This document shows positions 14,815 to 28,590 of a DNA stretch of 64,000 bases, piece after piece. A model generated the notes under the pieces. It was not told the DNA's origin, ran no database searches, and saw only the letters and a list, made by a program, of their open reading frames with translations. A program made the translations under genes and the position numbers. Source of the DNA: Eledone cirrhosa. Its lineage: Eukaryota. The first letter of the stretch is position 1, and each line of letters starts with the position of its first letter. Location of the stretch: positions 7,750,001-7,814,000 of the forward strand of contig OZ024763.1 of the NCBI GenBank assembly GCA_964016885.1, written 5' to 3'.

Positions 14815-14965
14815 ATGGCAAATTTGCTGAGTCATTAGAATGTCAGATAGAAAGCTTTGTGGTTTTCATTCGGACTGTCTGCTTTCAAATTCCGCCGAGG
14901 TCAACTTTGCCATTCATGCATTCGAGGTCAATAAAAAAAAGTACCAGTCTAATACTGGTGTCAAT
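14815..14965 (+). mobile_element. SINE family 1 copy, diverged
   Basis: ttcaaattccgccgaggtcaactttgccattcat core. Confidence 0.7.
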
Positions 14966-15599
14966 TCTTCCTCTATATCTCTCTCTCTCTATCCTTCTGT
15001 GGAAGAAATCTGCTGTGTTCAGACCTTGAGAGTAAATGGGTTCTGCTAGGTTTTAAAATAGCCCAAGAAATGATGTATGCCCCTACAGCACCCCTTGGTT
15101 TCAGGAGTTACGGGTCTACACACACAGGTACAGAGACACACACACAGACAGACATAGATACAGACACACTCATAGACACACAGACTCATAGACACACAGA
15201 CACACACACATACCCACTCATAGCCACACACACAGACACACACACACAGGCATACACATACACACAGAGGGACACACACAGACATACCAGAGCTCGTAAA
15301 TACCTATGGCTACCATCATCGTCTCTTCCTTATTTCCAAGTATATTTTTCATTCTTTTTAACTTTGTCCTCCATGATGGTGACTCAGATGGCTTGAGACA
15401 GGTCACAACTGATTGTCAAACCTAATGTATGACTGGTACAAACCTAGAGTTATAAGGAGGAGAGATATGATAACAAGAGAGAGGGGGAAGAGAAGGAGGA
15501 AATGTATCTATTTACCTACTATCTATCCATCTATCTATCTATTTACCTATATATCTCTCTATCTCTCTCTCTCTCTCTATCTACCTGCGTATCTATTTA

Positions 15600-15676
<77 letters not shown>

Positions 15677-15809
15677 CAAAGGAAATGTGGTAAGGAACCA
15701 GGTGAACCATAACGCACCAGAGTACTCAATACTTAGGGTAGTAGAGTGGGTAATAGGAAAAAGTATGACCCCGACGGCAGAGCTCAAGCCGTTTCGATGG
15801 CTATTTCTG

Positions 15810-15865
<56 letters not shown>

Positions 15866-15978
15866 CATTCGCTTCGTTTCCAATTATGCAAACAGCCTCT
15901 TTAAGCCGTGTCAGTAGAATGAACTCTTCATTCTTGCTCTTGTGTTGGCATGTAAACAGATATATATATATATATATA

Positions 15979-16058
<80 letters not shown>

Positions 16059-16101
16059 ATATATATAATATATATATATATATATATTTAATATAGAAAT
16101 G

Positions 16102-16148
16102 GCTTCTACAGTACTAGAACTGTTTCATTTGGGAGAAATCATCAGGAA
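16102..16148 (-). ncRNA. Type I hammerhead-like motif (family A)
   Basis: Minus strand ttc-CTGATGA-tttctcccaaat-GAAA-CAG-ttctagta-CTG-TA-gaagc; embedded in (TA)n. Confidence 0.6.
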
Positions 16149-16220
16149 TGTGGTATCCCTGAAATATGTATAATGAAAGAAATATGGTTTTATATATATG
16201 TATATATACATACATACATT

Positions 16221-16254
<34 letters not shown>

Positions 16255-16262
16255 CATACATT

Positions 16263-16298
<36 letters not shown>

Positions 16299-16306
16299 CA
16301 TACATT

Positions 16307-16340
<34 letters not shown>

Positions 16341-16348
16341 CATACATT

Positions 16349-16382
<34 letters not shown>

Positions 16383-16423
16383 CATACATTTATATATATA
16401 TATATATGTATATATATACATAC

Positions 16424-16478
<55 letters not shown>

Positions 16479-16525
16479 CATACATTTATATATATAAATA
16501 TATATATATATATATACATACATTT

Positions 16526-16558
<33 letters not shown>

Positions 16559-16598
16559 CATACATTTATATATATAAATATATATATATACATACATT

Positions 16599-16629
<31 letters not shown>

Positions 16630-16644
16630 GTATATATATGTATA

Positions 16645-16839
<195 letters not shown>

Positions 16840-16840
16840 G

Positions 16841-16912
<72 letters not shown>

Positions 16913-16944
16913 TGTATGTATGTATGTATGTATGTATATATATG

Positions 16945-17478
16945 TCCCATGGTCGGGTCGTTGGTGACTAAACTGGCAACCCCACCAAGGTTTCTTGGTG
17001 AGGAGGGTGACTTTGGACATCCTGCCGGACTAAAAACAAACCTGTCAAAGGGCAAAGGAGCTCTTAAGAGTCAATGGCCATCCAAAATCACCAGGAGAGA
17101 TGACCCCTTAGCCTTTGTCAAGGCAGAATTCTAGGAGAAGGAAAACTCTGATATAACACCTGCAACCCTGATGGTATCCAATGATGTTGACTTGTTCTTC
17201 TTTTTGGTAAATATCATCTTGGTTAAGAGAGTGGGACTGGCTTTTCTCACTATAAAAGCTTCACGACACAGGCATGGCTGTTCTCTCTGCACTTGTCGTC
17301 ACATGGTACCATGGGCCCAGCACTATGTGTCAATAATTGTCACAAGTGTAGTGTTTGTACCAGAGTTTTCAAGTCGCTGGCTGGACTAAAAAGTCATACT
17401 TGTTCAGCGCATCGGTAGGGGTTCTCCTACATGGATATAAAGTAGTGGCCGTACTCGAAAACGAGTTGGCAGCCACCA
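16945..17478 (+). mobile_element. Probable non-LTR retrotransposon 5' region, homologous to 30570-30975
   Basis: Shares catggtc..gtgactaaac, ccccacca..gaggagggt, aaaaacaa..ctgt..aaagg and gag.caa.gg.catcc blocks with 30570-30720; between (TA)n tracts. Confidence 0.5.
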
Positions 17479-18177
17479 TATATATATATATGATGAAGGC
17501 ACACCATAATTTAATGTGGTATCCCTGAAATATGTATAATGAAATAAATATGGTTTTATAAATATAGTTTTCATTTATTAATATTATATATATATGTATA
17601 TATTTATTAAAATAACAGATTAAAGTTTAAGCAAAGAATCGCTGCTTTCACCCTTAACGGGATCTTCTGAAACTAACAAAGTCAATCTGTGAACGCAGAA
17701 GTAAATATTTCGAAAAACGTTGGAACCGGAGGAAGACAGGAAGACGATACTTTGGTTCGTGGAAACGTTCCCTGGCAAAGAACGGGAAAAAAAAACGAAT
17801 ATAATACGTCATTATTTGGAGCGGTGACTTTACCTTTCATCCTTACGGGGTCGATAAAATAAAGTACCAGTAATACACTGGGTATTTGCTGGCCTTGTGC
17901 CTAACGTAGAAACAATTATTTGGAGCGGGGAAAAACAATTACGCGCAAAGACAGAACCACGTTAATGGTATAAGAGAAGTCGTAGACTAATATTCTATTA
18001 GGTGGTTCATAGAGACGTTCTCTGGCAATGAACGGAAAAAACGAAGATTATACGTCATATGTGGAGCGCATTATCTCTATTCCCTCTACGGTTCTTATAT
18101 ATTTGATATATATTTATCCTTATCGAGCCCTCTTTGGATTTTAGTCTTCAAATTTATTATTATTATTATTACTACAT

Positions 18178-18370
18178 GGCGGAGGATTGGCAGTATCGGT
18201 AGAGAGTCGGACGCCATGCTTTGCAGCATAGTTACGTCCCTTTACGGTCTGAGTTCAAATCCCGCCGAGGTTGACTTTGCCTTTCATCCTTACGGGGTCG
18301 ATAAAATAAAGTACCAGTAATGCACTGGGTAATTGCTGGCCTTGTGCCTAAAGTAGAAACAATTATTATT
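18178..18370 (+). mobile_element. tRNA-derived SINE family 1 (Meta-domain-like core), near full length
   Basis: B box gagttcaaatcc, core gactttgcctttcatccttacggggtcgataaaataaagtaccag, (ATT)n tail; more than 10 copies in the window. Confidence 0.88.
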
Positions 18371-18607
18371 ATTACTATATATATATGGCAGCCACCATAA
18401 GATTTTACATTCATTTAATTTATTATTTCTGTGACCCGAATTTTCCTGGTCGTTTTTTCGGCTGTGCGAATGATTTTAAGCATTGTCTCTATGTGTTGGT
18501 ATTTAAACGATAGTTATAGCTCTGGGTTATCCAAACTATTGAGCCCTTTGCCATGCATTTCGAAGATTATGTTTCGTTATTTCGTGGGCCGAGATTCCGA
18601 TTCTCGA

Positions 18608-18683
<76 letters not shown>

Positions 18684-18779
18684 ATAATGTGAGAGAGAGG
18701 GAGGAGAAGAGAATATATATATAGAGAGAGAGAAGGAAAGAAAGGACCAAAATAGGAGATAAGAGAAGGAGAATAGTAC

Positions 18780-18913
18780 AAAGTGAGTGAGAGAGAGAGA
18801 TGAGAGAGAGATAAGAGAGAGAGAGAGAGATGAGAGATGAGAGAGAGAGATGAGAGAGAGAGATGAGAGAGATGAGAGAGGAGAGAGATGAGAGAGGAGA
18901 GAGATGAGAGAGA

Positions 18914-18944
<31 letters not shown>

Positions 18945-18958
18945 TGAGAGAGAGATGA

Positions 18959-19010
<52 letters not shown>

Positions 19011-19020
19011 GAGAGATGAG

Positions 19021-19051
<31 letters not shown>

Positions 19052-19089
19052 TGAGAGAGAGAGATGAGAGAGAGAGATGAGAGAGAGAT

Positions 19090-19120
<31 letters not shown>

Positions 19121-19135
19121 GAGATGAGAGAGAGA
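18780..19135. repeat. (GA)n / GAGAT compound microsatellite
   Basis: Direct reading. Confidence 0.95.
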
Positions 19136-19204
19136 AAGACTGTGGACAATACAGTGGAATGGCTAAATAGATTGTGTCATCACTGTTGGTGAGGTTTCAT
19201 ATAA

Positions 19205-21140
19205 TGTGTGTGTGTGTGACCGCCTGTCTGTGTGTGTGTGTGTGTGTGACCGCCTGTCTATGTGTGTGTGTGTGTGTTACCGCCTGTCTATGTGTGTGTG
19301 TGTGTGAGCGCCTGTCTGTGTGTGTGTGTGTGTGTGACCGCCTGTCTGTGTGTGTGTGTGTGTTACCGCCTGTCTATGTGTGTGTGTGTGTGTTACCGCC
19401 TGTCTATGTGTGTGTGTGTGTGAGCGCCTGTCTATGTGTGTGTGTGTGTGACCGCCTGTCTATGTGTGTATGTGACCGCCTGTCTATGTGTGTATGTGAC
19501 CGCCTGTCTATGTGTGTGTGTGACCGCCTGTCTATGTGTGTGCGTGTGTGACCGCCTCTCTCTATGTGTGTGTGTGACCGCCTGTCTATGTGTGTGTGTA
19601 ACCGCCTGTCTATGTGTGTGTGTGTGTGACCGCCTGTCTATGTGTGTGTGTGTGTGTTACCGCCTGTCTATGTGTGTGTGTGTGTGTTACCGCCTGTCTA
19701 TGTGTGTGTGTGTTACCGCTGTCTATGTGTGTGTGTGACCGCCTGTCTATGTGTGTGTGTGTGTGACCGCCTGTCTATGTGTGTGTGTGTGTGTGACCGC
19801 TGTCTATGTGTGTGTGTGTGTAACCGCCTGTCTATGTGTGTGTGTGTGTGACCGCCTGTCTATGTGTGTGTGTGTGTGTTACCGCCTGTCTATGTGTGTG
19901 TGTGTGACCGCTGTCTATGTGTGTGTGTGACCGCCTGTCTATGTGTGTGTGTGTGTGACCGCCTGTCTATGTGTGTGTGTGTGTTACCGCCTGTCTATGT
20001 GTGTGTGTGTTACCGCTGTCTATGTGTGTGTGTGACCGCCTGTCTATGTGTGTGTGTGTGTGACCACCTGTCTATGTGTGTGTGTGTGTGTGACCGCTGT
20101 CTATGTGTGTGTGTGACCGCCTGTCTATGTGTGTGTGTGTGTGACCACCTGTCTATGTGTGTGTGTGTGTGTGACCGCTGTCTATGTGTGTGTGTGACCG
20201 CCTGTCTATGTGTGTGTGTGTGTGACCACCTGTCTATGTGTGTGTGTGTGACCGCCTGTCTATGTGTGTGCGTGTGTGACCGCCTCTCTATGTGTGTGTG
20301 TGTGACCGCCTGTCTATGTGTGTGTGTGTGACCGCCTGTCTATGTGTGTGTGTGTGTGACCGCCTGTCTATGTGTGTGTGTGTGTGACCGCCTGTCTATG
20401 TGTGTGTGTGTGTGTGACCGCCTGTCTATGTGTGTGTGTGTGGGTTACCGCCTGTCTATGTGTGTGTGTGTGTGACCGCTGTCTATGTGTGTGTGTGACC
20501 GCCTGTCTATGTGTGTGTGTGTGTGACCGCCTGTCTATGTGTGTGTGTGTGTGACCGCCTGTCTATGTGTGTGTGTGTGTGTTACCGCCTGTCTATGTGT
20601 GTGTGTGTGTGTGTGACCACCTGTCTATGTGTGTGTGTGTGACCGCCTGTCTATGTGTGTGTGTAACCGCCTGTCTATGTGTGTGTGTGTGTGACCACCT
20701 GTCTATGTGTGTGTGTAACCGCCTGTCTATGTGTGTGTGTGTGTTACCGCCTGTCTAAGTGCGTGTGTGTGTGACCGCCTGTCTATGTGTGTGTGTGTGA
20801 CCGCCTGTCTATGTGTGTGTGTGTGTGTGTGACCGCCTGTCTATGTGTGTGTGTGTGTGTGACCGCCTGTCTATGTGTGTGTGTGTGACCGCCTGTCTAT
20901 GTGTGTGTGTGTGTGTGTGACCGCCTGTCTATGTGTGTGTGTGTGTGTGTGTGTGACCGCCTGTCTATGTGTGTGTGTGACCTCCTGTCTGTGTGTGTGT
21001 GTGTGTGTGTGTGTGACCACCTGTCTATGTGTGTGTGTGACCGCCTGTCTATGTGTGTGTGTGTGTGACCACCTGTCTATGTGTGTGTGTGACCGCCTGT
21101 CTATGTGTGTGTGTGTGTGACCGCCTGTCTATGTGTGTGT
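19205..21140. repeat. Minisatellite: GACCGCCTGTCTAT core plus variable (GT)n
   Basis: Dozens of ~24-34 bp units. Confidence 0.95.
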
Positions 21141-21574
21141 GTGTATATACATGTGTATGTGTGTGTATGTGTGCCTGTGTATGTATGTGTATGTGTGTGT
21201 GTATGTACATGTGTATGTGTGTGTATGTGTGCCTGTGTATGTATGTGTATGTGTGTGTGTATGTACATGTGTATGTGTGTGTGTGATGCATTAAAGACAT
21301 CAACAGGAGGGGGGGGGTAAATAAGGTGTGGAAAGGTGTCATACCTTGTCTTGTCATCTCACCACACACACACACATCACTTGCATACACACATACACTA
21401 TACACGCACACAAATACACACACATGCATGTACACACACACACACACACATATATATACATACATATATATATATGTATATATATATATGTATATATGTA
21501 TATATACATAAATGTATACATATATATATACAGTTATGTTGTTAGTGTGGAGATATGTGAAGTATATCAGGTGT

Positions 21575-21978
21575 AGTGGCGGACAGCAGTGGTGGTGGTG
21601 GTGGCGGTGGTGGTGGTGGTCAGCAGTGGTGGTGGTGGTGGTGGTGGTGGTGGTGGTGGTGGTGGCGGTGGTGGTGGTGGTGGTGGTCAGCAGTGGTGGT
21701 GGTGGTGGCGGTGGTGGTGGTGGTCAGCAGTGGTGGTGGTGGTGGTGGTGGTGGTGGTGGTGGTGGACAGCAGTGGTGGTGGTGGTGGTGGTGGTGGTGG
21801 TGGCGGTGGACAGCAGTGGTGGTGGTGGTGGTGGTGGTGGCGGTGGACAGCAGTGGTGGTGGTGGTGGTGGTGGTGGTGGTGGACAGCAGTGGTGGTGGT
21901 GGTGGTGGACAGCAGTGGTGGTGGTGGTGGTGTTGGTGGTGGTGGTGGTGCTGTTGATGGTTGATGGTGGTGGTGGTG
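21575..21978. repeat. (GGT)n with CAGCAGT interruptions
   Basis: Direct reading. Confidence 0.95.
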
Positions 21979-22182
21979 TGGAGGTAGATATACACAACAT
22001 ATCAAGTAGTTTGCCATACTTCCCCACTGCCTATCTCCAATCTATCTTTCTCTGTTGGATTAACTATCTTTCTACCTAGCTCGCCATTCCTATGGTATTA
22101 CATCTATCTCTCACACACACACACACACACACTCTCACACACTCACTCTCTCTCTCTCTCTATATATATATATATGATGATG

Positions 22183-22218
<36 letters not shown>

Positions 22219-22332
22219 GTGTGTGTGTGTGCGTGTGTGTGTATATATGATAACTCTCAAAGACACACTCAGCCACACACATACAGACATATACATACAC
22301 ACACAAGGAAACACATACACACACACACTCAC

Positions 22333-22369
<37 letters not shown>

Positions 22370-22420
22370 TATATATACATACATACACACACACATATAT
22401 ACATACATACATATGTATAT

Positions 22421-22558
22421 GTCCAGAAATAGCTGTCGAAACGGCTTGAGCTCTGCCGTCGGGGTCATACTTGTTCCTATTACCCACTCTACTACACTAA
22501 GTATTGAGTACTTTGGTGCGTTATGGTCCACCTGGTTCCTTACCACAATTCCTTCGTT
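22421..22558 (+). mobile_element. (TA)n-embedded repeat family C carrying the 3' half of a hammerhead (also 15676-15812 minus, 38980-39110, 61240-61372)
   Basis: gtc-GAAA-CGGC-ttgagctct-GCCG-TC-ggggtc; four copies, none with the CUGANGA half. Confidence 0.6.
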
Positions 22559-22639
22559 ATATATATATACATATATATATATATATACATATATATATAT
22601 TATTATATATATACATGTATATATATATATATATACATG

Positions 22640-22671
<32 letters not shown>

Positions 22672-22686
22672 CATGTATATATATAT

Positions 22687-22745
<59 letters not shown>

Positions 22746-22760
22746 CATGTATATATATAT

Positions 22761-22806
<46 letters not shown>

Positions 22807-22820
22807 ATATATATATATAT

Positions 22821-22891
<71 letters not shown>

Positions 22892-22892
22892 T

Positions 22893-22923
<31 letters not shown>

Positions 22924-23085
22924 CACAGCTACAATGTTTGCCTTTGTCACAAATCCTACTTCCAATATGTCACACTTTCTAAACTCCCACTTCCCTCCTT
23001 ACTTACTCCCTCTCTTTCACCTACTCTACTTTTCTCCTTCTTTATAGCCTTTCTTTACCTGCTCCTCTTTTTTCCTCTGTCACCA

Positions 23086-23087
<2 letters not shown>

Positions 23088-23184
<97 letters not shown>

Positions 23185-23339
23185 CTATTTCTCTATCTCT
23201 CTCTATATATATATATATGTCACTATCTCTCTCTCTCACTCATACAACCATTCCTCACTTCTCTAACTCTCTCTCTATCTATCTAACTATTTTCTCTCTC
23301 TCACTCTCTATCTATCTATCTACCTACCTACCTACCTAC

Positions 23340-23375
<36 letters not shown>

Positions 23376-23398
23376 CTGTCTACCTACCTACCTACCTA

Positions 23399-23430
<32 letters not shown>

Positions 23431-23462
23431 CCTACCTACCTACCTACCTATCTCTCTCTCTT

Positions 23463-23501
<39 letters not shown>

Positions 23502-23584
23502 CTGTCTACCTACCTACCTACCTATCTCTCTCTCTCTCTCTCTCTCTATCTACCTACCTACCTACCTACCTATCTCTCTCTCTT

Positions 23585-23621
<37 letters not shown>

Positions 23622-23682
23622 CTGTCTACCTACCTACCTACCTACCTATCTCTCTCTCTCTATCTACCTACCTACCTACCTA

Positions 23683-23721
<39 letters not shown>

Positions 23722-23813
23722 ACCTGTCTACCTACCTACCTACCTATCTCTCTCTCTCTCTCTCTCTATCTACCTACCTACCTACCCTACCTATCTCTCT
23801 CTCTCTCTCTCTT

Positions 23814-23852
<39 letters not shown>

Positions 23853-24003
23853 CTGTCTACCTACCTACCTATCTCTCTCTCTCTCTCTCTATCTATCTAC
23901 CTACCTACCTACCTACCTACCTATCTCTCTCTCTTTCTTTCTCTCTCTCTCTCTCTACCTACCTACCTACCTATCTCTCTCTCTCTATCTACCTACCTAC
24001 CTA

Positions 24004-24038
<35 letters not shown>

Positions 24039-24133
24039 ACCTGTCTGTCTACCTACCTACCTATCTCTCTCTCTCTCTCTCTCTCTCTATCTACCTACCT
24101 ACCTACCTACCTACCTATCTCTCTCTCTCTCTT

Positions 24134-24168
<35 letters not shown>

Positions 24169-24253
24169 CTGTCTACCTACCTACCTACCTATCTCTCTCT
24201 CTCTCTCTCTCTATCTATCTACCTACCTACCTACCTACCTATCTCTCTCTCTT

Positions 24254-24288
<35 letters not shown>

Positions 24289-24365
24289 CTGTCTACCTAC
24301 CTACCTACCTACCTATCTCTCTCTCTCTATCTACCTACCTACCTACCTACCTATCTCTCTCTCTT

Positions 24366-24403
<38 letters not shown>

Positions 24404-24427
24404 CCTGTCTACCTACCTACCTACCTA

Positions 24428-24459
<32 letters not shown>

Positions 24460-24550
24460 CCTACCTACCTACCTATCTCTCTCTCTTTCTTTCTCTCTCT
24501 CTCTCTCTCTCTATCTATCTACCTACCTACCTACCTCTCTCTCTCCCTCT
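23088..24550. repeat. (CT)n/(CTAC)n compound satellite
   Basis: Direct reading. Confidence 0.95.
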
Positions 24551-25379
24551 CTCCATACCCCCCCCCCCCCCACTCCACCTTCCCACACTCAGTCAAGCCC
24601 ACTGGTGACATAATCACACCTCAAGTGACAACAACAACAACAACACCAACACAACACACTGCACTAACAGCAGCAGCAGCTGCTGTCAGCCTTTTCTACA
24701 CCACCACCACCATCATCATCATCACCATCATCACCATCATCATCATCACAACCATCACCACCACCATCATCATCATCACCATCACTACCATCATCATCAC
24801 CATCATCATCATCACAACCATCACCACAACCATCACCACCACCATCATCACTACCATCATCATCATCACCACCACCACCACCACCACCACCATCTACTCA
24901 CCTCTCTCCCTCTCTCTCTCACTCTCTCTCTCTCTCACTCACCCCACCACCACCACCACTATCTACACATCTATCTCACCACACTCTCCTGTCTCTCTCT
25001 CTCACCACCACCACCACCACCATATCACTACAACTACCACCACTACACACTCTCTCTCTCTCTTACCACCACCACCATCTACTCACCACTCTCTCTCTGT
25101 CTCCCTCTCTCTCTCCTCCCCACCACCACCACCACCACCTACTCACCACTCTCCTCTCCCCACCACCACCACCACTCTCTCTCTCTCTCTGTCACAGCCA
25201 CAGACTGCTTAGCAGGCATGTTTCAACACACACAACACATTGCTGCCACCTTCACATCACCGTCCCCTCCCTCCTCTTCCCCCACCACCTCTCAACACAG
25301 ACTCTCTGATTTGCTGAACACGGAAGGAAGGAAGGAAGAACAGAAGGTAGAGAGAAAGGAAGAACCCAAAGAAAGAAAG

Positions 25380-25734
25380 AGAGAAAGAAACAAGGAATAG
25401 CAGGAGAGAGAGAGAGAAAGAAGCAAGGAATAGCAGGAAAGAGAGAGAGAGAGAGAAAGAAGCAAGGAATAGCAGGAAAGAGAGAGAGAGAGAGAGAGAA
25501 AGAAGCAAGGAATAGCAGGAGAGAGAGAGAGAGAGAAAGAAGCAAGGAATAGCAGGAAAGAGAGAGAGAGAGAGAGAAAGAAGCAAGGAATAGCAGGAGA
25601 GAGAGAGAGAGAGAAAGAAGCAAGGAATAGCAGGAGAGAGAGAGAGAGAGAAAGAAGCAAGGAATAGCAGGAGAGAGAGAGAGAGAGAGAAAGAAGCAAG
25701 GAATAGCAGGAAAGAGAGAGAGAGAGAGAGAAAG
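25380..25734. repeat. Purine-rich minisatellite AAAGAAGCAAGGAATAGCAGGA+(GA)n, ~10 units
   Basis: Direct reading; ends immediately before the putative ATG at 25735. Confidence 0.92.
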
Positions 25735-25748
25735 ATGGAGGAATCAGG
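25735..25748 (+). CDS. Putative first coding exon (MEES-G) of the neprilysin-like gene
   Basis: aagATGGAGGAATCAGG|GTAAGT: A at -3, G at +4, consensus donor. The phase-2 end matches the start of exon 48516, giving MEESGLETSTKGGKRPFIWLEMRTVIISL. Short and 22.8 kb from the next exon, so inferred. Confidence 0.5.
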
Positions 25749-26722
25749 GTAAGTTGCATCTTTTCCTGTCATCGAAACACAAATTGATTTTCATGCTTAT
25801 ACATACATGTGTATATATATATATATATATATATACCTATGCATGCATACATACATACACACACACACATATAGATATATACATATTTGTATATATCTCT
25901 CTCTATATATATACGTACATATATATACATATATATGTATATGTGTATATATATATATATACATACGTACATATATATACATATATATGTATATATATGT
26001 ACATATATAACTATGCATATATACATACATACACACACATATATATACGTACATATATATACATATATGTATATATATATATACATACGTACATATATAT
26101 ACATACGTACATATATATATACATATATATGTATATATATGTATATATATACCTATGCATATATACATACATGTATATATGCATAGGTATATATAACAGA
26201 TGTGTATAGTATAGAGGTATGTATACCTATATACTATATATCTATATATATCTATAGCTATATATACAGTCCTTCAAATATATACACACACTAAAAAAAA
26301 TCATACAAATATATATATATATGTGTGTGTGTGTATGTAGGTTATATGTGTGTGGGTATGTTATATGCGTGTGTGTGTGTACGTTATATGTGTGTGCGTG
26401 TGTATGTTATATATGTATTTGTATGTTACGTGTGTGTGTGTGTGTGTATGTTATATGTGTGTGCGTGTGTATGTTATATGTGTGTGTGTATGTTATATGT
26501 GTGTGTGTGTGTATGTTATATGTGTGTGCGTGTGTGTTATATGTGTGTGCGTGTGTATGTTATATGTGTGTGCGTGTGTATGTTATGTGTGTGTGTGTGT
26601 ATGTTATATGTGTGTGTGTGTATGTTATATGTGTGTGTGTATTCACACATGCAATAATAAACATATAGACAGACTCACGTGGCCATACATATATGCAAGC
26701 ACACACATACACACACACACAC

Positions 26723-26788
<66 letters not shown>

Positions 26789-26999
26789 ACACAGTCATAT
26801 ATATATACACATACACGCACACACATACACACACACACACATATATATATATATACACACACATATATATATATATATATATACACACATACACACACTC
26901 ATATATATATATACACATACACGCACACATATATATATATACACACACACACATACACACACATATATATATATATATATATACATATATTTATATACA

Positions 27000-27083
<84 letters not shown>

Positions 27084-27193
27084 AACATAAGATGTTACTT
27101 TTCAAATCATAAGTAATATCATTATTCCACTTAGTACTTGAGTACTTGATATTGCAATGAAAGTATAAACTAGATATATTGATCAGTGCATCT

Positions 27194-27305
<112 letters not shown>

Positions 27306-27480
27306 TAACCGGAAAAGAAAATGCTGACAAATTGTTCACAGTGAAAAATAGTTTAATTAGGAATAAGTGAGAATTAGTAATAGTATTGGTTAGTATTCAG
27401 TTTTGGTTTTAAGTTTTACCAGTTGCGCATTTCTAATGCTTTTCAAAAATAATTTTGAGATAGAGCGTCCGTGATGTTTG

Positions 27481-27536
<56 letters not shown>

Positions 27537-28177
27537 TATACACATAACACATACATATATAGATATATATGCATACATATACATATATATGTGATGATAT
27601 ATATATATATATATACATGATATATATATATATATATATATACATGATATATATATATATATATATACATGATGATATATATATATATATAAATATATAT
27701 ATATACATGATATATATATATATATATATACATGATGATATATATATATATACATATATATATATACACACACACACACATATATACACGGTGGTACAGG
27801 GGTTAAGGGTCTGGTCTCACAATAAAAAATGTATGACAGCCACCCTCAGCTCTGCTCGAGTGTTGTGTCCTTCAGCAAGACACTCTATTTCATGTTGCTT
27901 TACTACATTTTACACTCTCCTCGCAAAATTAAGCTTTACTCGTCATACTGAGTCTCCCTGAGAACAAAACTGAGGGTGTGTCTGTGGAATGTTCAGTCAC
28001 TTAGGAAGGAGCAGTCTGTTTTCGTTGATATGATCCACTGGAGCACTCCTCGTTGGGAATGACTGCTCCAGCAACAATAACAACAACAACATAAGTATAT
28101 GTAGACAAATCTGTATATGTTCATATATGTATGTGTATGTGTATGTGTATATATATACATGTGTGCGTGTGCGTGTA

Positions 28178-28212
<35 letters not shown>

Positions 28213-28302
28213 GAGTGTGTCTGTGTGTATGTATATATATATATATATATCATTATCATCATCATCATCATCACCGTTTAACGCCCATTTTCCATGCTAG
28301 TA

Positions 28303-28355
<53 letters not shown>

Positions 28356-28536
28356 GTGTGTGTGTGTATATGTACATATATATATATATATATATATACA
28401 TACATATATATATATATATGTGTGTATTTTTGTGTAAATATATATATATATATATATGTGTGTGTATATTTATATATATATATATATATGTGTGTGTGTA
28501 TATTTATATATATATATATGTGTGTGTGTGTATATT

Positions 28537-28569
<33 letters not shown>

Positions 28570-28590
28570 ATATATATATACATATATATA

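Noticed and set aside
17612-17672. Hammerhead in the repeat family also at 18117, 32318 and 47901
   Set aside because: The core is altered (CAGAAGA or TTGAWGA) and stem III/UH is not convincing; kept only as a repeat.
19205-21140. CRISPR-like appearance (constant core plus variable spacer)
   Set aside because: The spacers are only (GT)n of varying length; the context is eukaryotic and there are no cas genes.
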